The notes: generated by a model not told the origin, from the sequence alone. 64,000 bases of DNA from Octopus vulgaris (GCA_951406725.2 OX597826.1:64976001-65040000); one strand, 5' to 3'; positions 12,706 to 25,548 are shown, numbered from the stretch's first letter. A program made the numbers and translations.

Positions 12706-13259
12706 GTATGTGTCTTAAACACAAAGGAAAGGAACAGAGAGTTACTTACAGTTCAACATTTTTCATCGAGGAGGTTACTGCATAATTTTTGGGATGTTTT
12801 TCAAAAGTGAATTTTTCTCCTCACAAGTTTTCATAAGGAGGTTTTTAAATAGTTTTTGGGATGAATGTTGGGTGGGTGGGTGGGTGGATGGAGGTAGGGA
12901 AGGAGGAGGTTACCTTGGATTTCATGTCCATAAAGTGCTTAACTTTACAGTATTTCATCAGACCCTAAAACCCATTGGTTCAACTTCGCCTTTCATTCCT
13001 TTTGTGGTCATAAAATAAGGACTAGTTGAGCACTGGGACCAACTAATCCCTTCTCCCTAAAAAAAATGTCAAGTTTTGTGCTTAGCAGAAAGAATTATCA
13101 TCATATTGAGAGCTTATGTATGGAAGCCATGTTATCTTGTAAAATATTTGCATTTGATGTGAAGATCTTAGAACTAATGAATAAAAAACAAAGGATCAAA
13201 TTTTTGTTGTTGTTCTTTCTTATTTTAGTAATCCAATGCTTTGTTTTCTTCCATTCTAG

Positions 13260-13286
13260 GTTTGTTTACCTGAAGATGATAATGAT
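13260..13286 (+). CDS. Candidate 27-nt phase-0 microexon (VCLPEDDND) within Ig3
   Basis: tgctttgttttcttccattctag| acceptor, |gtaaat donor, frame-preserving. Confidence 0.42.
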
Positions 13287-13490
13287 GTAAATATCAGAAT
13301 CTTAAATTTTAGTACATAGCTTCTACAGCTTTCTTCACTTCTTTATTTCATTTTCATTTTCATATTTTCACTAACTTTTGTTTATTTTTCTTTGTTTTTA
13401 ACCTAATTTCTTTTCTTTTTGCTTTCTTTTCTGTTTACCATGCAAATTTTTCTGAAATCATCATTTCTTTATGTAAATCCCCACCCACAA

Positions 13491-13537
<47 letters not shown>

Positions 13538-13614
13538 CAATTGTCTAAATGGATATTTTACATTCAACAAAATCTCTTCACTCTCACAGAGGTATCAAAC
13601 CCATGGTTTGATGC

Positions 13615-13651
<37 letters not shown>

Positions 13652-14588
13652 TCTCTCTCTCTCTCTCTCTCTTCCTCCTTCTCTCTTTGTATGTGTATAA
13701 TATGTGTGTGTATTTAATTATAGGATTCAATAGAATCTAGAGTCAAATCAACACATGATACCAGAAGTGGCTAGGTTCAATTTATATATTTGCGTATGCG
13801 TGTACATGTGCATTTATGTATGTATATATGGACCCAGAATAAATGAAAATATATTGCCAAATGTCTTCTTTGGCCTCAAGCTGACCAATGAATTACAAAA
13901 GGAATTTTCAGAGAGAAAATTATGCAGATGTTGACATTTTATGGTGTCACTTGTTGCTGTCCAAAAAAAATGTGATATTTACACTCCTCGTTAACATCAC
14001 AACCTATCACTCTCTATTTTCTAAGACCAAGTAGTAATTAAAAAACAAAATTAGTCTGTCAGTCACAAGTTCAAATGTTACTGCAGCTCTGGCCCCAGAA
14101 CAAGACACTTAATTCTGATTGCCCCAAATATACCACTGATAAAGTTAGGTTCAATTGCTGTTTTTCACTTGTGTAAGTTGGTAGTATGAAGAGCATTTAG
14201 CGTTAAAAACAATTGCTCCAACCACAAAACCATCCCACTTACATCATTCTGGAGAAATTAATGTATGTCATTTTTGAACTTACTGTTGAGAATGTTTCTA
14301 ATCAATTGACATTAATCTGAACTTGTCACAACAGTATAGTATGAACATAGTGTGACAGTCAGTGATGATAAGTGCAGATGTGACCATGTGGTTAAGAAGT
14401 TTACTTATGAACCACACAACTTCGGATTTGTTCTAAGGCTAGTGTTTTCTATTATGGCATCAGGCTCACCAATGCTCTATGAGTGGAAGACTTAGAGTAT
14501 TCTTACACTTGAATATTTTTGTTTGGTCTTTGAGCCTACTAATAACACTTTTTAAGGGAAGCTTTCCCAAATGTAAAAGAAACATTAA

Positions 14589-14809
14589 CCCTTTCGTTAC
14601 TGTATTTATTTTGAGATGCTCTGTGCTTCTTTCAATTAATTTTAAATATAACAAAGAATTTAATAAAATAACTTAGTTATCATTAAGCTAGTGTTAGAAA
14701 CATAAATTGTGATTAAGTTTTGGTGGGAGATTTTAGTTCAAAACTTTTGGAAACAAGACATTTGTACTCAGAGCCAAAGCTGGTTTCAGCCGGGTTGGTC
14801 ACGAAAGGG
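14589..14809. mobile_element. piggyBac-type MITE
   Basis: TTAA|CCCTTTCGT ... ACGAAAGGG|TTAA. Confidence 0.8.
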
Positions 14810-15069
14810 TTAAACAACCTATGTGGATTGATAGAATATCTTGTCTTTCTCTTTATTTCTTGGCATTATCTAACATCTTTTGCTTAATTTCTCACCATAA
14901 TTGCTTAATGGTCTTCTTAAGAAATATTTATATCAATCTTTTGTTGTATTTTTCTCTCTTTTATAGTAATTTCTATTTAACAATATTAATTCTGTTTATT
15001 AATCTTTTATCTATTTCAACCTCTAAATCTTCCTAATTATTTCTGCCTGCTATCTTTCGGCAATATTAA

Positions 15070-15288
15070 TCCTTTAACATTTAAACCAGTCATAATGCCC
15101 AAATATTTTATTAGTATTATGTTCAAACTTGTCAGATTCAGCTTCTCACACCTACCTTACAAGATTATTCTAAAAAATAAACAATCATATCATAAAAATT
15201 TCAAAGCTGTGAGATAATGCATGATTAATTCAAAATATTGCAAATAAATAAGCATTATGTTAAACTGGATAATCTGAATGTTAAAGGG
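15070..15288. mobile_element. piggyBac-type MITE (family shared with 35084 and 60678)
   Basis: TTAA flanks and ...AAAGGG|TTAA end; internal homology among the copies. Confidence 0.75.
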
Positions 15289-15895
15289 TTAAAGATTATT
15301 TCTGAATTCATATCTTTGATGCCTACCAAATATAGATTGATTTTTAAATGAAAAGAAAATCAAGTAATTTATTATGTAATTGTCTAACAGTTTATGCATT
15401 TATTATTAAGTTATTCATGTGTATATTTTTCAACTTTTCTGTTTTTTGCACGACACTAATCTTTTCATTTTCTTGTCATAATCTTTCCTAGTTTATAGTT
15501 TATCTTTAACCAATACTGTAAAGTTCAACTTCATATGGAGTTCTTTTGCATTCTTTTTCTATCAATTTCAATGTCTATCTGAGCACTGCAGTTTCAATCT
15601 TATCTCCCTTCTCATAGAATTCTCTAATCTGTTTCAAATAATCTTCGCATTTCAGCTTCATTCATTCACATACACAGCAATGTTAAGTTAATCTAATTCA
15701 CAGAATACTAACTAATTTGTAAATAAAAGTTTGAATGTGTGTATGTGTGTGTGTGTGTGCATACATACATATATATATTTTTTTATATATGCATTGATTT
15801 ACTATCAGCTTTAATTACTCATCTTCCATGATGATATGGGTTGGACAGTTTAACAGGAATCTAGTAGGCCCAAGATCTGCATCATGCTGCAATGT

Positions 15896-15930
<35 letters not shown>

Positions 15931-17097
15931 GTACATACCTACATATATATGTATATATACTTGCATATATGGGTACAGGACATCAAAACAACATTGAACA
16001 CAATAAAACCCTCGATTCAATAACACTATGTACAAACCCTATACTTGGAATGACCAATTTTAATTACTATTGGAACTTACTCACAAAGTATTGGAATCTT
16101 ATATGTATACCATTCTGCCTAAATGATGGATCTAAAGATGCAATATCATTCCTTCACTTCAATCTCTATTTCATATCTTATCTAAATTAACTATTGCTTA
16201 ACCATTTTCTCACACTGTCTCTGATGAAGGGATATATAAGACCTTCTATTTATAATCTGATGAAGGAATATATAAGACCTTCCATTTATAAATGTTCTAA
16301 AAATCTTTCACAGCCTTGGATTTTTATCTCATTCTGAAAATTTCTTATATATATATATATGTATGTATATAGAATGATAGTTCTGATATATAAGAACAGT
16401 AAAGAGTAAATTTTCTAGGAAGCTGGCTAAGCTGGTATTTATTGAATAGGGTTGCATGCTCTGTTAGGCGTATGAAGAATAAAGTTGCTGACGTAGCTGA
16501 TGATGTATATGTCGTGTGATCTGATGACGTCAGTCATGGCACAATGTAATTTAAAGAAAATAATATGTTCCATGTTAATTCAAATATCACTAGAAAGCAA
16601 CATGAATTTATCTAACAACCAGATATATAGGTGTCCAACTTGCTGGAAACAGCAACTAGGGAACATAGAACAGACAACACAAGAGGAACAAAGTGTAAAG
16701 CTAATACATATTGGATGAAAAGGGTTGACAGTAACTTCAAAGGCATTGTCAACCTTTTTTTCCTTGAAAAGTATTGAAAAAAACATGTACTCTACTAAAA
16801 TGTGTTGTGTAATTCTTCAGTTTAATATTAATTTGTTTTTATATATAAGCTTAATATCTGTTTTGATTTAAAATATCTTTTATATTAATGCAGACCTATA
16901 AGAAATTTATTTATTATAAAATATAATAAAATAGATTATCTTTGCATGTTTCAAGTTATAAAACAATTGTTGTGGTATGAATTTTCAAATGCTTAAATAA
17001 ATTTTTATCATACTATTCTCTTGTCATTTATAGCTTTATATATCAGAAATATTAAATTTCTAAATATCTCATAGAGATATGTACGGTGGTGGGGTGA

Positions 17098-17245
17098 TAG
17101 AATGGTTGTATACTGTCAATTTAACGTGACAGTAGGGGATTACACCACCGCTGTTTAGCCCTAGGAAGCGTCAATGCTTCCTAGAGCTAAACAGCGTTGG
17201 TGTAATCCCCTACTGTCACGTTAAATTGACAGTATACAACCATTC

Positions 17246-17247
<2 letters not shown>
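17098..17247. repeat. Near-perfect palindrome / foldback, 72-bp arms, 6-nt loop
   Basis: 70/72 complementary; TA at both ends. Confidence 0.92.
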
Positions 17248-17286
<39 letters not shown>

Positions 17287-17433
17287 ATATACTTTTGGCA
17301 TTAAATGAAGTGAGGTACTTTCATTAGTGTTCCTTATACATGGCCAATGAAAGAAAGAAATGTTCTTACTTCTGTTTCTTTTGTATTATTCAAATTTTTC
17401 ATCATAACTGAAAGGTATTAGTCTCTTTTGCAG

Positions 17434-17605
17434 ACATCCCATCGGGTTCGTGTATCAAAACCTAAACGAGAACACCTCAGAGCTATCGATGTATTTTATA
17501 GCAAAATTTACATTCGAAGCGCTAATCTGAAGGACACTGGTGTATATGTATGTAACGTCAGCAGTTTTAACTCTATGAGTACTGATGTACACATTTCAGT
17601 CTATG
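17434..17605 (+). CDS. VEGFR: RTK exon, second half of Ig3 (TSHRVRV...DTGVYVCNV...ISVY)
   Basis: ttttgcag| and |gtatgt; DxGxYxC motif; phase 0 start matches the previous exon. Confidence 0.92.
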
Positions 17606-18722
17606 GTATGTATACAACAAAACTTGCAATTTGATTGGATGTTGATGTTTTGACAATGTTGATCTGAATAGGAATTAATCACCATTTCACAAATTTAATG
17701 CATGGAAGAGTGAAATGCTAATTAAAGAATGATATTGATTTAATCTTCTGATACAGGACAGCTATAAGGTTAAGAAGTTCATATATTGTGTTTGTGTGTA
17801 CCATTGTCTTGACATCATGTGATGGTTGTATACAAGCATGAATGTCATACAAGCAATGTTGTTTGTTCCTGGCCTTCAATGGAAAATGTGTCTGGCCATG
17901 GAGATATATTTCCTTCCTTGGGAACAGGTGAAGTCTGATGACAGGAAAGGAATCCAGCCAAAGAAAATCTGCCTCAACAAATTCCATCTGACTCATACGG
18001 GCATGGAAAAGTGGATGTAAAATGACAATGATGAATTTAAATTGTAGATTATTGTGAAGGCATGTTGCCAAATTGTTAGGATGATTTCAATTCCCAAGTG
18101 GGGCAGTGCATAGCGTTCTTGAGTAAATTCCTTTAATTTAAGTCACTTCAGTCTACTTAACTGTGAATTCCAGTAATAGCTGAGAAGTTAACCCTTCTCA
18201 GGTGTCCACTTCATGAGGGGAGAGTTGTAATCTCAATCACTAATAATGTGGTTTGTGATATACCTAAGTTGGTGTCCCCAACCAGTGCATTGGCTGCTGG
18301 TTTCAGCAGTCAGGTGTTTGGTTGTGCTCATGGATGTGCTTGTGCTCCTGCTCATTCTTGCACTCTCTTTGGCTGACAATAGTGCTGCTTTCTGCATTGT
18401 GCCTCGTACCAATAGCTGAGCAGAACTGTGCTATGACTGATGGGTTGGGCACAGTGGAATTACTACACTGATAGGGGCCATTGCACCCAAGTGGGGTACA
18501 GACTTACTGTGTAGGATCTTGTTGATCAGCTGAGGCTTGTGTGAAAGGGTGGTTTTCATTCTCTTCTGCTTTGCAATTATCACTGTGGGTTCATGCCTCT
18601 TGACCCCTACATGGCCAATGAATTCTCGATATACTGCCATTGTCACCTCATCAATTTGCACATGTGTATTGCTGCCTCACATAAAATGAAAATTAAATAA
18701 AATTTCATATTTTCTTTTGTAG

Positions 18723-18888
18723 AAAAAGAGTTTGTATATTTAAACGCCTCTAAAAAATTGGTTAAAGTGAGTGAAGGTGATAGAGACAGGGTGTATCTGA
18801 AAGTTAACTATGTCTCCTTTCGTAAACCTAATATAACATGGTTCAAAAATGGTGAGATAATCATGGAGAGTAAACATTATGAAATCCG
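18723..18888 (+). CDS. VEGFR: RTK exon, first half of Ig4 (KEFVYL...VYLKVNYVSFRKPNITWFKNG)
   Basis: ttttgtag| and |gtgagt; PxIxWFKNG; no Cys, as in VEGFR D4. Confidence 0.9.
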
Positions 18889-19202
18889 GTGAGTGAATAT
18901 TTTTACTAGCATATAACATGTCTATAAATTTAATTATGAATGCAAACCTTATGTTTTTACATCAATTTCTTATTTAGGCACAAAATCAGAATTATATGAC
19001 TTAAGGAATAAAAATTTGGGGGATAGAGACTTTGAATAAGGTTACAGGCATTGACATTCTATTCTAAGTCATGTAAAAAATTATGGATATCTACCTAGTG
19101 AATCTCTTGTCAAAAAGCTTAATGGGATGAAGTCTATGTTTCATTGAAGAGGTCTAAAAAGACTGAAATATGACAATAGTCATCCCTTTCATTTGTGAAA
19201 AA

Positions 19203-20419
19203 TCTTTATATATAAAACTGAAGTTGTGTGTGTGAGAGTCTGTCTCCTCCAATTTAGATTCCTAACTACTCCCACATTTTGCGGTGCAGTTTAACCAAAA
19301 GCGGGTATCTTATAGTCGTGATTCATATCAAGTCCTTCTGGGTATTAGCGCGTGTCTACAATGAGTCTACAATAATAAAAAATTTACCATCATTTTTTCG
19401 CATTTTTAATGCATTTTTTGCTCGGTTTATATAAGGAAAGTAACTCTCTAAAAATGCTTATATAGTTATTCCCTTATAAAATGGAATGCAATTTCGTCAA
19501 AATTAACACTTAACCCTTTAGTGTTCAGATTAATTTGTCAAATGTAAGGTTCAAGTGGGGTGTCCACAATATTTACTTGTAACTTTGTTAATTTTCTACA
19601 TACAGATTTGAAACTTTGTAAATGGGTGCTTATATGCCAGTGGTTTATAATTACGTAATTGTAGCTGATCTTTCTGACTAAATTTGACTTTTATGGGCAG
19701 GTAAACTTAATTAACAGGCGTAAAAACAATAACATTATGAATAAACACTAAAATTCATATTCTTAATACATCTTACCTGTTTGGTTTGCTGCCAAAATTA
19801 TCCCAGATATCAGCCACCAACAATTTTACATTTTTCAAGATGAGGTACATTAATTTGAATTAATTAAAATACAGGTGTAATTGGTAGAAGATTTTACTCT
19901 TTTTCTATATTTCGTTCAAATATCGTTTTCATCATTTTCATTTTCATCACTTTCATTATCAAAATCTTCGTCCAACGAGTAATCACTGATATCAATATCA
20001 GATTCATCCAAAGTCAAAATACTTTTGTTTTCATTGATATCTTCAATATCATCAATAGTAAAGCCTTCAAAGTCGGAATCGCTACTTGCTGATGCCATTT
20101 CTTTCACAACAAACGTATACACTTCTCTTCAAACGTGGAAATAACCATGTGGTCGAAACAATTTCACAGTATTTATACTTGAATAAAGGCGGGAAAGGCT
20201 TCATCTCGCATTATCTCAAAGCTACGAGAATTTAATAACGTGATTTGTTTATTTTTTTAACGATTTCGTACAGTGGTCGTTTACGGCCGGATTTGGCCAG
20301 TTTGAACAAATAAAGGGGAATTAATTTTGGCCAGTTACGGCCGGTTTGAACACTAAAGGGTTAAACAAGTTATTCATCTAATTTCTATCCACCCGAGCAA
20401 AGCCGGGTCAATCTGCTAG
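19203..20419 (+). mobile_element. Non-autonomous Helitron interrupted by the piggyBac element
   Basis: A|TC start, 3' cccgagcaaagccggg hairpin then CTAG|T; homologous to 10163-10548. Confidence 0.75.
19514..20360 (-). mobile_element. Deleted piggyBac element
   Basis: TTAA TSDs, CCCTTTAGTGTTCA TIRs, acidic MASASSDSDFEGF... N-terminal remnant (19916-20122). Confidence 0.8.
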
Positions 20420-21547
20420 TTATTAAATATAATTCTAATTCCAGTTTTCTTTTCCCTAACCCTAACCTTTTTGTTGTTAATAGTCACCTTTATAAGATAT
20501 TGTTTTTATATTGCTGCCTGTCTTAAGTATCAGGTTTTAAAAAAAAAAGTAGTGAGGTCAATTTGTTTGGTTAAATTCTTCAAGGCAGTGTTCCAGTATG
20601 GCAGTAGTCCAGTAACTGAAACAAGAGAAAGATGAAATAATTCAGCGAAGTATAATGACTTAAAGAATTCATTTTAATGCTTTGTTGTTATTTTTTCTCC
20701 TTTTGATCATCAGAATTTGTCCATCCTGTTGCTAAACTCTTGCTTCATCATTTCAGATAGATTAACTGAACTGAAAATGATACTTCTGATAATATTTTCT
20801 TTTATTTCTCTGCCTGACTGGCCCCCATGCCAGTGGCACATAAAAGCACCCACTACACTCTTGGAGTGGTTGGTGTTAGAAAGGGCATCCAGCTATAGAA
20901 ACTCAGCCAGATCAAGATTGGAGCCTGGTGCAGCCATCTGGTTCGCCAGACCTCAGTCAAATTGTCCAACCCATGTTAGCATGGAAAGCGGACGTTATAC
21001 GATGATGATGATGATTTCTCTTTTAATTAATATTCTAATAGGCACATGCATGGCTATGTGTATAGTTTTGGAGCCCATCAGCTTAGTCATCACATTGTCT
21101 TGAGTTCTGTTTCATTGTGTGACATCTTGGGCAAAATTCTGCTGTGGCTTTGACTGACAAATGTCTTGTGTGTGAAATTAGTTGGCCAAAATTGTATGAA
21201 AGCCTGCTGTGTATGTGTGTATACACATGCATGTCTTTTTGAATGTTATAATGTCATGTACTCACATGCAAAGTAGTTAGCTAAAAAACAAGCTGTACAT
21301 TTGAAGATAAGAAGAATAAAAAAACTAATACTTGAAAAATTGGTAAGGATTAGTTACAGGAATGGTACCAATAACAAAATACTGCCCTGAAGAAGCATCT
21401 ATGTAAAATATGCCAGGAACTTTGACTTAATACAAATGAAGGAATTTTACTTCTTGCTAATAATATCAGGCAGTTCGTTATTTTCTTTGTCTCAAACTAC
21501 AATAAGCATTTCATTAAAATTTAATTAAAAGTTTACTTCTTTAACAG

Positions 21548-21672
21548 CATAATCGATACAGTACTGGATCTGGTGATTTACAATCCGAAATATGAAGATA
21601 GTGGTAATTATACAGTGTTTGCTGTAACAAAAGATATGAACAGTACCCTGAGCCTTACTCTTAACGTTACTA
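21548..21672 (+). CDS. VEGFR: RTK exon, second half of Ig4 (IIDTVLDLVI...EDSGNYTVFA...LTLNVT)
   Basis: aacag| and |gtaagt; DSGNYTV (Cys-less F strand). Confidence 0.9.
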
Positions 21673-21784
21673 GTAAGTCAGCACTTATACTCTTTTTAAC
21701 CCTTTTGTGCTCGTATTTCAGATGAAACACCCTATTTATATATCAATTAATCTTGAAAGTAACTTAGTTTTTTTCATTGATTAA

Positions 21785-22092
21785 CCCCTTACCCAACAAT
21801 TATTTTGAAAATAAATGTATTTTTTCAGACATATTTTTTAATTGTTTTATTTTACTATGTTTTGAATGGTGATTTCGAGGTATATTTCAAACCTTATTTA
21901 TTATGAATTTTAATTCAATAATATTGATTTTAAATTACCACTTTGGGCAGAAACGAGTTAACCCGTTTTTAGACGAAGGAACTCGTTTGCTGTCGATTTT
22001 GGCGAGTCTATCTTTTGACGAGTTAACTCGCCAGAGATAGAAAAAAACGATTTCGGTCAAAATGAATATATTCGTTTCTGCCGGGTAAGGGG
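21785..22092. mobile_element. piggyBac-type MITE
   Basis: TTAA|CCCCTTACCC ... GGGTAAGGGG|TTAA. Confidence 0.75.
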
Positions 22093-22574
22093 TTAATGTA
22101 TTAAGCTGGTATTCAGAATGCAACAACAAAAACTTTCTTGCATAGTTTGGTGTTAAGTATATCCAACTGTAAAATACTTGCTAAACAAGACAGTGGAGCT
22201 TGGAACAGTCCTCAGTCTTACCAGCTCCTTTCAAATCATCCAGTCCATGCCAGCATGGTAGACAGACATTGAAAAATGATGAATTATAATTTGAGGTTTT
22301 AATTTAATTATTCATGGTTGTGTGGTTGTAAAGTTCTCGTCCCAACCACATTGTTTCAGGTTCAGCCCCCCATGTGCAGCAACTTTAGTGAACGCCTTTT
22401 ACTTTAGCCCTGAGAGACCAAAGTCCTATGACTGTATCTGGTAGAAGGAAAAAAAAAAAGAACCTCTTTTTGCATATGCATGCATGTGTGTGTGTGTGTG
22501 TGTATGTCTTTGTTTACTTTTGTATTCACTTTACAAATGTAACAAGCTACAAGTATTGTTATATGTATATATCA

Positions 22575-22743
22575 GGCGCAGGAGTGGCTGTGTGGTAAGT
22601 AGCTTGTTTACCAACCACATGGTTCTGGGTTCAGTCCCACTGCGTGGCACCTTGGGCAAGTGTCTTCTACTATAGCCTCAGGCTGACCAAAGCCTTGTGA
22701 GTGGATTTGGTAGACAGAAACTGAAAGAAGCCTGTCGTATATA

Positions 22744-22801
<58 letters not shown>

Positions 22802-23019
22802 TGTGTTTGTGTGTCTGTGTTTGTCCCCTAGCATTGCTTGACAACCGATGCTGGTGTGTTTACGTCCCCGTTACTTAGCGGTTCGGCAAAAGAGACTGAT
22901 AGAATAAGTACTGGGCTTACAAAAGAATAAGTCCCGGGGTCGAGTTGCTCGATTACAGGTGGTGCTCCAGCATGGCCGCAGTCAAATGACTGAAACAAGT
23001 AAAAGAGAGTAAAAAGAGT
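22575..23019 (+). mobile_element. tRNA-derived SINE family A
   Basis: full-length copy. Confidence 0.85.
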
Positions 23020-23675
23020 ATATATGTATAGTCATCATCTTGATCATTATTTAATGTCTATCTTTCATGCTAGTATGGATTGGACAGTTTGACAGGTAAC
23101 GGTAAGCTACAAGACTGTGTAGCTTCACTGTCTGATCTGGCATGGTTTTTATGGCTAGCTGCCCTTCTTAACACTAACCATTTTACATAGTGGCACCAGC
23201 ACCCACAAGGTCTATTTTAGCATGGTCTTTACTGCTGGGTGCTGCTCCTCATGTTTTCAGATAGTCCATATAAAAATGTCACTGACACTTTGGGGTTCAA
23301 TATTCTTATGATGGAACCTGCAGCTATGACATCAGATCCTCCACTACATTACCAATTTTTTTTTTTTTTTTTTTTTTGCTTAGATTCTACAATATTGGCT
23401 TCCTATTATAAAGAGATCTGAATTAAAACTTTCCATCAATTTGATTTTAATTCATGTTCCAAGCACCAGATTAATAATGATAAAGTTATTTTACTAAAGT
23501 TTTCATTAGCTTCAAAATTAACTGAATCAGAAGGAATGTTTTAATAGAAATTTGATTATGAACATGTTAAAAATCTTAATTTTTCTGGATGTTTGTTTTG
23601 AATTGTTATATAAATGTTCCTATAGGTAGTAAGATTAGTGAGGTAATAGTATAAAATACTATTTTTCTCTTACAG

Positions 23676-23885
23676 GTAAACCAATAATTCAACTAGATAC
23701 TATACCAACAAAGGAGTTTTACATAGTTGATCGTAAAGTAACATTGATTTGTAATGTGTCATCAAACCTTCAGGATGAAATAGAATGGAAGTGGCAAGCT
23801 TGTGATCCATTCCACTGTTCTTCAAACCCAGCAGCATGGACAGTAGTTAACAATTATACAATAGAAAATGGACTGACTACACAGA
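23676..23885 (+). CDS. VEGFR: RTK exon, first half of Ig5 (KPIIQL...VTLICNV...IEWKWQACDPFHC)
   Basis: ttacag| and |gtgagt; WxWQxC pattern typical of VEGFR D5. Confidence 0.9.
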
Positions 23886-24981
23886 GTGAGTAAAGACAAT
23901 AGTTGAATTTCTATAATGCACATTTGTACACAGATAGAGGCATATCACTGTGGTCTCAACCACATGGCTTTAGGTGCAGCCTAACAGCACATCACCTTGG
24001 ACAACTCACTCCTGTAATGACCATTTCTCTTCCCCTGCCAGAAAATGGATGGGCTATCACAGAAGAGACTTGCCATGAACCACTTTACCCACCCATGTAT
24101 AACATGGGGTTGCACTACTCCTTCTACTCAATTTCCCCCCACTGTCTTGCCCCTCTGATTCTCTCACTAACCACAACTACCACCTCTGACACTACTTCTC
24201 ACTTGCTTCGCATTATCCTCTTGTCCAACAGTGTCACTACTTTTTCTCAAAAATAAACTTGTGCAACTAAAAATAATCATATGCAGCTCCAATGAGAACT
24301 GCCTTAGAACCTAACAAACCAACCAACTCATGCTGGCATGGCTAATAGACTGGCCCACGCCATTTACTGTACAGTCCCCTCTCCCTCCTCTGCTCTCACC
24401 TTTTGTTATTCTTTTATGTGCTGGTGCTACATAAAAAGCACACATGCCAAGCTACGTGCAGAACACCTATGCCAGGTCTTGTGTAGAGGACCTGTGCCAT
24501 GTCACATAAAAAGCACTTATGCTGGGCCTCATCTAAAGGACCTATGCTGGGCCAAGTAAAAAGCACCCTTGCCAGTACAATGTAAAAGGTACCTGTGCTA
24601 GTACCATATAAAACACACCCAGTACACCTTGTAAAGTGGTTGGTGTTAGGAAGGGCATCCAGCTGTAGAAACCAGCTGCAGATGGCCCAGTGGTTAGGGT
24701 ATTGCACTCATGATCCCAGTATCATGGTTTCAATTTCCAGTCCAGCAGTGTGTTGTGTCCCTAAGTGAAGCATTTCATTTTATGTTGCTCCAGTCTACTC
24801 TGCTGCAAATGGGTAACTCTGCAATAGATTGGTGTTCTTTTCAGGGGGACTGTTGGCCAGCCTGTCTACCCAGCCAGTGAGGTGGCATCATCCAAAAGCT
24901 ACAATGCCAGGAAGTTCATTGTGACCGGTAATGCATAACAATATCTGAATCTGATAGTCTCATCAATATTGTGATATTGTT

Positions 24982-25033
<52 letters not shown>

Positions 25034-25038
25034 ACACA

Positions 25039-25548
25039 TGGAGGTGCAATGGCCCAGTGGTTAGGGCAGTGGACTCACGGTCGTAGGATCACAGTTTTGA
25101 TTCCCAGACCGGGCATTGTGAGTGGTTATTGAGCGAAAACACCCAAAGCTCCACAAGGCTCCGGCAGTGGGTGGTGGTGAACCCTGCTGTACTCTTTCAC
25201 CACAACTTTCTCTCACTCTTTCTTCCTGTTTCTGTTGTACCTGTATTTCAAAGGGCTAGCCTCTTCACACTCTGTGTCACGCTGAATCTTCCCAAAAACT
25301 ATGTTGAGGGTACATGTATCTGTGGAGTGCTCAGCCACTTGCACGTTAATAAATGAGCTGCAACGTCACTGGTGCCAAGCTGTATCTGCTGTTGCTTTTA
25401 CCTTGGATAACATCGGTGGCGTGGAGAGGGGAGGCTGGTATGCATTGGCAACTGCTGGTCTTCCATAAACAACCTTGCCCAGACTTGTGCCTCGGAAGGT
25501 AACTTTCTAGGTGCAATCCTATGGTCAGTCATGACTGAAGGGAGTCAC
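25039..25548 (+). mobile_element. tRNA-derived SINE family C (second copy at about 57200-57568, - strand)
   Basis: TGGCCCAGTGG A-box and tRNA-like head; two homologous copies. Confidence 0.75.

Noticed and set aside
16219-16292. Duplicated CTGATGA as a hammerhead dimer
   Set aside because: A 36-bp direct duplication with no properly placed GAAA or stem III
18230-18670. GC-richer block as a nested gene
   Set aside because: No coherent ORF or splice structure; probably a decayed retroelement fragment that I cannot classify
20454-20467. Telomeric CCCTAA repeats
   Set aside because: Only about two units; chance or repeat-derived
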